A stretch of 36,040 nucleotides of DNA from assembly GCA_036351155.1 (NCBI GenBank), contig JAZBOO010000323.1, positions 1 through 36,040 on the forward strand. Direction: 5' to 3'. The stretch comes from Candidatus Krumholzibacteriia bacterium (lineage in GTDB: Bacteria; Krumholzibacteriota; Krumholzibacteriia; LZORAL124-64-63). The notes below the pieces were generated by a model, which worked only from the letters and a program-made list of their open reading frames with translations, made no database searches and was not told where the DNA came from. Position numbers and translations under genes: made by a program. Numbering within the stretch: position 1 is the first letter of the stretch; each line of letters opens with the position of its first letter. This document shows, in pieces, positions 9,302 through 16,238 of the stretch.

Positions 9302-10023
9302 AACTCTGGAAATTCCTTCTGCTGATGATCGCCCTGGTCGGACTGGCCGGGGTGGCGTTGCTGGGGATCAACTTCCTGGTCCTGCCTCAGATCATCCACC
9401 ACAACAAGGTGGTCCTGACCCCCGATATCCGGGGCATGTCGGTCCAGGGCGCCGAAACCCAGCTGGGACCGTTGAGCCTGGAGGTGGAAGTTCAGCGCCA
9501 GAGGGCGCACCCGACCATTCCGGAGGGCATGATCCTGGATCAGATTCCCGCTCCCGAGAAAGGAATCCGGGGCGGGCGCACGGTCAAGGTTGTCACCAGC
9601 AGCGGACCGCCGGCGGGACTGCTGCCCGACCTGACGGGGCTGTCCCTGCGTCAGGCCGAGATCACCCTGCAGCGGGAAAATTTCCGACTGGGGCGAATCC
9701 TGCGGCTGCGGCGCCAGGGCGTGACCGAACCCATCGTCGATTTTCAGAATCCCGCGCCGGGCACCGACCTGTACAAGGGTGCGGAAGTCCAGCTGGTGGT
9801 GGCCGAACCCGCCGCCTCCGAGCTGCTGCGCATGCCCAACCTCGAGGGGGCCCCGCTGTTCCAGGCCCGACAGATCATCAGCGATGCGGGTTTTGTTCTG
9901 GCGCCGGTGGTGTACGAGCGGACGGACCGCGTGCCACCCAATCTCGTCCTTTCCCAGCATCCCTCCGCCGGCCAACGCATCCGCAAAGGAGAACGGCTTG
10001 AACTGGTTGCCTCGTCCCGCTGA
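9298..10023 (+). CDS. Membrane-anchored PASTA-domain protein (about three PASTA repeats, no kinase domain)
   Basis: N-terminal hydrophobic helix, then PDIRGMS, PDLTGLS and PNLEGAP repeats with Q-x-P motifs; GTG 9298 overlaps the rsmB stop. Confidence 0.88.
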   Translation: MKLWKFLLLMIALVGLAGVALLGINFLVLPQIIHHNKVVLTPDIRGMSVQGAETQLGPLSLEVEVQRQRAHPTIPEGMILDQIPAPEKGIRGGRTVKVVTSSGPPAGLLPDLTGLSLRQAEITLQRENFRLGRILRLRRQGVTEPIVDFQNPAPGTDLYKGAEVQLVVAEPAASELLRMPNLEGAPLFQARQIISDAGFVLAPVVYERTDRVPPNLVLSQHPSAGQRIRKGERLELVASSR

Positions 10024-10672
10024 AGGTACCGCCTGGGTGGCACCCTCATTGCTCTCGGCTGATTTCGCCTGCCTGGGGCAGGATATTGCCAGCCTGACCG
10101 AGGCGGGGGCCGACCTCCTGCATCTCGATGTGATGGACGGCCATTTCGTGCCCAACCTGACGTTTGGACCCTTCATCTGCGCGGCCATCCGCCGACTGAC
10201 CCTGCTGCCCCTGGACGCCCACCTGATGATGACGCATCCCGACCGATATCTGGAGCCCTTCGCGAAATCTGGAATCGATGGGTTGACCGTGCACGTGGAG
10301 GCCGAGTGTCCCCTGCCCGAAACCCTGGCCCGGATCGGTGAGCTGGGCATGAAGCGTGGGATTTCGCTGAACCCGGGCACGGATCTGGAGACGATCCTCC
10401 CGTTCCTGGATCAGGTGGATCTGGTCCTCATCATGAGTGTGCAGCCCGGTTTCGGGGGGCAGTCCTTCAACCCGGTGGCGGTGGACAAGATCGCCGCCCT
10501 GGCCAGTCGCCGTGAAGCCGAGGGGCTGGAGTTCCTGATCAACGTCGATGGGGGCATCAATGACGAGACCGGCATGGTCTGCCGTCAGGCGGGGGCGGAT
10601 ATTCTGGTGTCCGGGTCCTGGCTGGTGGGGGCCGAGGATCGGGCTCAGCGGGTCATCCAGCTACGGGGGTAG
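9998..10672 (+). CDS. rpe: Ribulose-phosphate 3-epimerase
   Basis: APSLLSADF, HLDVMDGHFVPNLTFG, DAHLM, MSVQPGFGGQ, VDGGIN; TTG 9998 after AAAGGAG. Confidence 0.96.
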   Translation: MNWLPRPAEGTAWVAPSLLSADFACLGQDIASLTEAGADLLHLDVMDGHFVPNLTFGPFICAAIRRLTLLPLDAHLMMTHPDRYLEPFAKSGIDGLTVHVEAECPLPETLARIGELGMKRGISLNPGTDLETILPFLDQVDLVLIMSVQPGFGGQSFNPVAVDKIAALASRREAEGLEFLINVDGGINDETGMVCRQAGADILVSGSWLVGAEDRAQRVIQLRG

Positions 10673-10697
10673 ATGCGCGGTTTTCGCCGCCCCCTTC

Positions 10698-10726
10698 TTG
10701 CCAAAACCCCTTCTGAATGTTAGTTT
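10698..10726 (+). promoter_or_regulatory. Putative sigma70 promoter of the ffh-rpsP operon
   Basis: TTGCCA-17 nt-TAGTTT with TG upstream of the -10, in an AT-richer intergenic region. Confidence 0.55.
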
Positions 10727-10901
10727 TCTGCGTTCCGGTATGAATCACCCGAGAAAGGCCCCTGGGGTACTTCTTGCGGTGAACGCTGGAACATGTTGAT
10801 ATGAAATAAGTTCAGCGCGTGGGCTGGGCGCCCTTTCCCTGGAAAAGGTGCCTGGGCCCGGTGTGTCTGTTTTTGTGTGTTTTGCCCATCCGGGGTGCCC
10901 A

Positions 10902-12260
10902 TTGTTTCAGGAATTGACCAAACGCCTCGACCAGACCATGAAAAAACTGGCTGGTCAGGACAAGTTGACCGAGGACAACGTCAAGGAAGCCTTGCGCGAG
11001 GTGCGTCTGGCCTTGCTCGAGGCGGATGTCAACTATGGGGTGGCCAAGAAGCTGGTCGCCAACATCAGGGAAAAGGCCCTGGGACAGGAAGTCCTGGGGA
11101 GTCTGACCCCGGCGCAGCAGGTGGTCAAGATCGTCAACGACGAGCTGACGAATTTGCTGGGCGGCCAGGCCTCGGAGCTGAACCTGGATGTGGAGAACGC
11201 CAAGACCAAGGGCATTTCCACCATCATGGTCATGGGCTTGCAAGGGTCGGGTAAAACCACCTTCTGCGGCAAGCTGGCCCGGCGGATGAAGAAGGAAGGG
11301 CGCAGCCCTCTGCTGGTGGCTGCGGACATCTATCGTCCCGCCGCCATTGACCAGCTCCATGTCATCGGGAAGCAGGTGGACGTCCCGGTTCACAGCGATC
11401 GTGAGCGGAAGAATGCCGCCCAGATCGTCAAGCTGGGACTGCGCAAGGCCAAGGACAACAAGTGCGATCTTCTGATCGTGGACACGGCCGGGCGCCTGCA
11501 CATCGACGACACCCTGATGGGTGAGCTGGAAAACATCGAGAAGACCGTCGCCATGGACGAGAAGCTTCTGGTGCTGGACGCGATGACCGGCCAGGAGGCC
11601 GTGAACATTGCGACCCAGTTTTCCGAGAAGGTCGGGTTTGATGGGGCCGTGCTGACCAAGATGGACGGCGATGCCCGGGGTGGCGCCGCCCTGAGCGTGC
11701 TCGAGGTGACCGGACGTCCGGTCAAGCTGGTGGGTGTGGGCGAGAAGATGGAGGACCTGGAGGTCTTCCACCCCGACCGCATGGCCAGCCGGATCCTGGG
11801 GATGGGCGATGTCCTGACCCTCATCGAGCAGGCCGAGGAAAAGATGGATCTGGACCAGGCCGAGCACCTGGCCGGCCGATTCGCCGAGGGCGAATTCACC
11901 CTGGAGGATTTTCTGGGGCAGATCCAGCAGATGAAGAAGATGGGACCCCTGAAGGGGATCCTGAAGATGTTGCCCGGCATGAACAGCGGCATGCTCGACA
12001 AGGCCAACGTTGACGACAAGCAGTTCGTCAAGGTGGAGGCCATGATCCAGAGCATGACCCGCGCCGAGAGGCGCAAGCCGGATCTCATCAACGGTTCGCG
12101 GCGCAAGAGGATTGCGCGCGGAAGCGGGACCACGGTCTCGCAGGTCAACAAGCTGCTCAAGCAGTACCGGGATATGCGGCGGATGATGCGCGACATCAAT
12201 GCTGCCGGCGGTCTGCAGGAGTTCGGCAAAAATTTCATGGGCGGGCAGCCCGGTCAGTGA
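10902..12260 (+). CDS. ffh: Signal recognition particle protein Ffh
   Basis: TTG start MFQELTKRL; ALLEADV, GLQGSGKTT, DTAGR, TKMDGDARGGAALS, RILGMGD, M-domain SRRKRIARGSG. Confidence 0.98.
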   Translation: MFQELTKRLDQTMKKLAGQDKLTEDNVKEALREVRLALLEADVNYGVAKKLVANIREKALGQEVLGSLTPAQQVVKIVNDELTNLLGGQASELNLDVENAKTKGISTIMVMGLQGSGKTTFCGKLARRMKKEGRSPLLVAADIYRPAAIDQLHVIGKQVDVPVHSDRERKNAAQIVKLGLRKAKDNKCDLLIVDTAGRLHIDDTLMGELENIEKTVAMDEKLLVLDAMTGQEAVNIATQFSEKVGFDGAVLTKMDGDARGGAALSVLEVTGRPVKLVGVGEKMEDLEVFHPDRMASRILGMGDVLTLIEQAEEKMDLDQAEHLAGRFAEGEFTLEDFLGQIQQMKKMGPLKGILKMLPGMNSGMLDKANVDDKQFVKVEAMIQSMTRAERRKPDLINGSRRKRIARGSGTTVSQVNKLLKQYRDMRRMMRDINAAGGLQEFGKNFMGGQPGQ

Positions 12261-12327
12261 CCGGAAACCCGCCAAGTACACGGCGCGCATGGGGCGCGGC
12301 GTGAAACCACCAAGTGGAGGTCGATAA

Positions 12328-12915
12328 GTGTCTACCACAATCCGTCTGACCCGCATGGGTCGCAAGAAGCGTCCTTTCTACCGCCTCGTTGTTCTGGACA
12401 GCCGCAAGCGCCGTGACGGCGCCTACCTGGCCAACCTCGGCTACTACAATCCTTTCAAAGACCCTCATGAGGTCGAACTGCACGCTGAAGACATCATCGC
12501 CTGGATGACGAAGGGCGCCACTCTCAGTGAAACCGCTCGCAGCCTTCTGCGGAGCGAAGGCGTGCTCTACCGTTACAGCCTGGTCAAGCAGGGGCTGGAC
12601 GCGGCTGAGGTCGAAGCCAAGATGAACGAATGGACCGCCAACGCGGCCAAGAAGGAAGAGAACCGCGTCGCGTCCATCGAGGCCAAGAAGCAGGCCAAGG
12701 CCAAGGCCGAAGCGGAAGCCAAGGCTGCCGAGGAAGCCGCCGCCAAGGCCGAAGCGGATGCCAAGGCTGCCGAGGAAGCTGCCGCCGCCAAGGCCGCAGC
12801 CGATGCCAAGGCCGCCGAAGAAGCTGCCGCTGCTGCCGAAGCCGCGGCCGAAGAAGAAGTTGCAGAAGCTCCTGCCGAAGAGTCGGCCGAGGCTGACGGG
12901 GAAGAAGACAAGTGA
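12328..12915 (+). CDS. rpsP: 30S ribosomal protein S16 with long Ala/Glu/Lys C-terminal extension
   Basis: IRLTRMGRKKRPFYRLVVLDSRKRRDG, LGYYNP; GGAGG RBS; GTG start. Confidence 0.97.
   Translation: MSTTIRLTRMGRKKRPFYRLVVLDSRKRRDGAYLANLGYYNPFKDPHEVELHAEDIIAWMTKGATLSETARSLLRSEGVLYRYSLVKQGLDAAEVEAKMNEWTANAAKKEENRVASIEAKKQAKAKAEAEAKAAEEAAAKAEADAKAAEEAAAAKAAADAKAAEEAAAAAEAAAEEEVAEAPAEESAEADGEEDK
12700..12831 (+). repeat. Three imperfect tandem copies (42-45 nt) encoding AKAEA(E/D)AKAAEEAA(A) within rpsP
   Basis: Units at 12700-12741, 12742-12786 and 12787-12831, consensus close to GCCAAGGCCGAAGCGGA(A/T)GCCAAGGCTGCCGAGGAAGC. Confidence 0.85.
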
Positions 12916-13283
12916 GCGCCCCCGAAGACAACAAGGACATGATGGAAGAGCAAGGCGATCAGGAGCCGGTGGAGGCCCCCGAGGTGGCCTCCGACGCTCC
13001 CGCTGCCCCCGAGGATTCAGCTTCCGAAGAGCTGAACCTGGGGCAGGAACGCGTGCTGGAGTTCATCTCCTACGTCGTGGTGAATCTCGTGGAGCATCCC
13101 GAGGATGTGACCGTCGACGTGGTGCGGCGGCAGGGTCGTGACGTGTACCAGGTGCGTGTCCACCAGGACGACCTGGGCAAGGTGATCGGCAAGGGCGGCC
13201 AGACTGCCCGGGCCATGCGCGTCATGTTGACTGCTGTCAGCGCGCGCACCGATCAGCGGATCGGTCTGGAAATCGTCGAGTGA
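12912..13283 (+). CDS. khpA: KH-domain RNA-binding protein KhpA (UPF0109) with acidic N-terminal extension
   Basis: LVEHPEDV and DDLGKVIGKGGQTARAMR; between rpsP and rimM; start could be 12939 or 12942. Confidence 0.92.
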   Translation: MSAPEDNKDMMEEQGDQEPVEAPEVASDAPAAPEDSASEELNLGQERVLEFISYVVVNLVEHPEDVTVDVVRRQGRDVYQVRVHQDDLGKVIGKGGQTARAMRVMLTAVSARTDQRIGLEIVE

Positions 13284-13798
13284 TGGGCCGTTTTGTCTGC
13301 ATCGGCGAAATCGTCAAGGCCATCGGGTTGAAGGGTGAGCTCAAGCTTTATCCTCTGCTCGATTTTTACGAACCGTTGCTCGATTCGGAGTTTCTGGTCT
13401 GGCAGGACGGGTCGCCTGCCGAGTTGACCGGCCATCGTCAAGCGGGCAGCTGCTGGAGCCTCAAGGTCCAGGGTGTGACCGACCGCAACCAGGCCGACCT
13501 CATGGTGGGCAGGGAACTGGGTTTCCAGGCGAACAATTATCGCCAGGAGACTTTTCCCCGACCGGAAGAGGGACTGCCCTTCCGGTATCTGGGGCGGCAG
13601 GTCAAAACCGCAGACGGTCAGCTGGTCGGCACAGTGGACGAGGTCCGGGTGGGAGGCGCCAGGTATTTGCTGGTCATTCCCGGGGAAAAAGGGGAAATCC
13701 TGATTCCCACGGTGGAACCCATCCTGGCCCATGACGACAACCTGGAAGGCGACCTGGTCATCGATCCTCCGGAAGGATTGCTGGATGTCCAGGACTGA
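13283..13798 (+). CDS. rimM: Ribosome maturation factor RimM
   Basis: IGEIVKAIGLKGELK, DRNQAD, EILIP, IDPPEGLLD; operon position. Confidence 0.93.
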   Translation: MGRFVCIGEIVKAIGLKGELKLYPLLDFYEPLLDSEFLVWQDGSPAELTGHRQAGSCWSLKVQGVTDRNQADLMVGRELGFQANNYRQETFPRPEEGLPFRYLGRQVKTADGQLVGTVDEVRVGGARYLLVIPGEKGEILIPTVEPILAHDDNLEGDLVIDPPEGLLDVQD

Positions 13799-14522
13799 TC
13801 ACGCGGTCGGTGAGGAGCAGGTTCCGGTCATCAGGGTGCTGACCCTGTTCCCGGACATGGTTCAGGCCGTGCTCGATTCCAGCATGATGGGCCGGGCTCA
13901 GCGCCAGGGGCAGATCCAGTTCGAGGTCACGGACATTCGCGACTTCTCGGTGGACAAGCACCGGACGGTGGACGACAAGGCCTATGGCGGTGGTGCCGGC
14001 ATGATCATGATGGCGCCGCCGGTGGTCGAAGCTGTGGAAGCGGTGCGGAGGAACGAGGATGCCCCGGTGATCCTGACCACCCCGCAGGGCCAGGTCTTTG
14101 ACGAGGCCTTGACCCTGGAGCTGCTGGATCAGCTGCGGGACACCGGTGAGATGATTCTCATCTGTGGCCACTACAAGGGCATCGACGAGCGGGCCCGCCA
14201 GCTGGTGGTCACCCGCGAAGTTTCGATCGGCGACTATGTTCTGACCGGTGGAGAATTGCCGGCTCTGGTGATCGCCGATGCGGTGGTTCGCCGCATTGAA
14301 GGAGTCCTGCACAACGGGGACTCGGCGGCGAACGACAGTTTCACCGCCCAGCGAGAGGGCGGCCTGGATTGCCAGTGGTACACGAAACCTCCGGAGTATC
14401 GGGGGTTGACGGTGCCCGAGGTGTTGCTCTCCGGCCATCACGCCAACATCGAGAAGTGGCGGCAAGAGGAAGCAGAGCGCAGGACCCGGGACCGACGTCC
14501 CGACCTGCTGGACGAAGAATAA
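13785..14522 (+). CDS. trmD: tRNA (guanine37-N1)-methyltransferase TrmD
   Basis: VLTLFP, VDDKAYGGGAGM, LICGHYKGIDER, SIGDYVLTGGE, VPEVLLSGHHANI. Confidence 0.97.
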   Translation: MSRTDHAVGEEQVPVIRVLTLFPDMVQAVLDSSMMGRAQRQGQIQFEVTDIRDFSVDKHRTVDDKAYGGGAGMIMMAPPVVEAVEAVRRNEDAPVILTTPQGQVFDEALTLELLDQLRDTGEMILICGHYKGIDERARQLVVTREVSIGDYVLTGGELPALVIADAVVRRIEGVLHNGDSAANDSFTAQREGGLDCQWYTKPPEYRGLTVPEVLLSGHHANIEKWRQEEAERRTRDRRPDLLDEE

Positions 14523-14675
14523 ATCGGATGGAAAGGGCCTGGCCCGCGGTCCCGCTTCGGCGGTGACGCAGGCGGGACAGGATTACGCCCGGCCATGGTG
14601 GCGCAAGCACAGCGTGCGCACCCCGCTGGTGGGCAGTTTGACCGGGACCGGAAAGTACCCGGTTTGGAGGCAGAA

Positions 14676-15020
14676 ATGAACATCGTGGAACAAATGCGCG
14701 CCGCAGGACTGCGGGATGACCTTCCTGATTTCAAAATCGGGGACACCATCAACGTGGCCGTGCGCATCGTCGAGGGCGGCAAGAGCCGTATCCAGAACTT
14801 CATCGGCGCCGTCATTGCCAGGCAGGGAACCGGCCTCGAGGCCACCATCACCGTGCGCAAGGTGACCGGCGGTATTGCCGTGGAGCGGATTTTTCCCGTG
14901 GAATCGCCCAACATCGACTCCATCACCGTGAAAAAGCGGGGCCGTATTCGCCGCGCCAAGCTGTATTACCTGCGTGGCCGGACCGGTCGCAAGGCCAGGA
15001 TTCGCGAAGCGCGCCGGTAG
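14676..15020 (+). CDS. rplS: 50S ribosomal protein L19
   Basis: [38 protein letters not shown] at 14666-14670. Confidence 0.98.
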   Translation: MNIVEQMRAAGLRDDLPDFKIGDTINVAVRIVEGGKSRIQNFIGAVIARQGTGLEATITVRKVTGGIAVERIFPVESPNIDSITVKKRGRIRRAKLYYLRGRTGRKARIREARR

Positions 15021-15024
15021 CCCG

Positions 15025-15654
15025 GTGTCTTCTTCGTCTCGCCCCTTGCTGTCCTTCGATCAGGAACGGTCGAAGGACAGGGGCCTTCTGGCCGGCGTGG
15101 ACGAAGCGGGGCGCGGTTGCTGGGCGGGGCCGGTGGTGGCCGCGGCGGTGATCCTGCCTCCTGACTGATGTCCCGCGGGTTTGGACGACAGCAAGAAGCT
15201 GTCGGCCGCCCGCCGGGAAGATCTGTGCCGACTTATCCTCGCAAGCGCCCTCAGCTGGGGCGCTTGCGCTGTTTCTGCTCGAGAAATAGATCAGGTCAAC
15301 ATCCTGCAAGCCACCCTGCGAGCCATGCGACGTTCTCTCCTCAAGCTGCGGCCCCGACCGGATCTGGTCCTGGTGGATGGTCTGCAGGCCCCCGTTTTCG
15401 CCGCCCCTTGCGAGACAGTGGTCAAGGGCGACGCCACCAGCGCCAGCATCGCGGCGGCCAGCATTCTGGCCAAGGTGTTTCGGGACCGGGTCATGGTGGC
15501 CTTCGACCGTCATTTTCCGGACTACGGTTTTGCCGGCCACAAGGGTTACGGAGCCCGGACCCATCGCGAAGCCATCGAACGCCATGGTCCCTGTGCCCTG
15601 CACCGCCTCAGTTACCGGCCGCTGTCGGAACTGGACCAGGGCTTGCTCTTCTGA
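15025..15654 (+). pseudogene. rnhB: Ribonuclease HII interrupted by a single in-frame TGA (15166-15168): pseudogene, recoded gene or sequence error
   Basis: One frame reads [37 protein letters not shown]...EIDQVNILQAT...LVDG...VKGDATSASIAAASILAKV...HKGYG...HRLSY. All motifs are intact apart from the stop. Confidence 0.85.
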
Positions 15655-15696
15655 ACAGGTCTTTTCCCACCTCCTCCCGGATTGTACAGGACCGTC

Positions 15697-16056
15697 ATGG
15701 GCGTCCGTCACAGGCACGGCCAGCTGGGTGAAACCATGGCCAGGGCCTTTCTGGAGATCCTGGGCTATCGCTTTCTTGAAGAGCGCTATCGCATTCCCGG
15801 CGGCGAGATCGACCTGATCATGGCCCGGGGCAACAGCGTGGCCTTTGTCGAGGTCAAGACCCGGCAAAAGTCAGGTCTGGCCACCGCCGAAGAAAGCGTC
15901 CATCCCCGTCAGCTGGCCCGGTTGCGCCGTACCGCCTGGCACTGGCTGCAGACCACCGGCCGGACGGGTTCCTGGAATTCCCTGGACGTGGTGACCATCG
16001 AAATGGATGAGAACCGGGAAGAGGCGCGGCTTCGCCTGTTTCGGGGCGTGGGGTAG
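15697..16056 (+). CDS. yraN: YraN family (UPF0102) PD-(D/E)xK nuclease-like protein
   Basis: GQLGE, GEIDLI, VAFVEVKTR, DVV; typical position after rnhB. Confidence 0.9.
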   Translation: MGVRHRHGQLGETMARAFLEILGYRFLEERYRIPGGEIDLIMARGNSVAFVEVKTRQKSGLATAEESVHPRQLARLRRTAWHWLQTTGRTGSWNSLDVVTIEMDENREEARLRLFRGVG

Positions 16057-16086
16057 GCCCGGGATGGGGATCGGCCGCCGTCCGGA

Positions 16087-16115
16087 TTGCCAAGAACCTT
16101 CTGCCGCCCTAGAAT
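16087..16115 (+). promoter_or_regulatory. Putative sigma70 promoter for the S8 peptidase gene
   Basis: TTGCCA-17 nt-TAGAAT, close to consensus. Confidence 0.7.
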
Positions 16116-16238
16116 CATGGAGTGAGGCGGGGTGGCCCGCCATGGCAACCTGGTGACCAGGTTTGCGTAAGTAGTGTTGACTGTCGTTGACACGCGCCAT
16201 CACACAGCCCGGAGTGCGGCTTCCGAAGGAATCATCAG

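Noticed and set aside
10673..10901. SRP RNA (ffs) next to ffh
   Set aside because: No conserved helix-8 motif (CAGG...GGAA...AGCAG) on either strand.
12700..12850. CRISPR-like repeat array
   Set aside because: Contiguous in-frame coding repeats without unique spacers; no cas genes.
15166..15168. Genome-wide UGA reassignment (genetic code 4 or 25) as the explanation for the rnhB stop
   Set aside because: TGA ends many genes here at their expected C-termini (yebC, ruvC, fmt, ffh, tnaA), and Trp is encoded by TGG throughout.
15168..15731. 187-aa ORF starting at the TGATG overlap inside rnhB
   Set aside because: Different frame, Arg/Pro/Gly-rich with no motifs; the RNase HII motifs continue in the original frame.
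16116..16238. tRNA in the multi-hairpin leader
   Set aside because: No T-loop GTTC motif, acceptor stem or CCA geometry.
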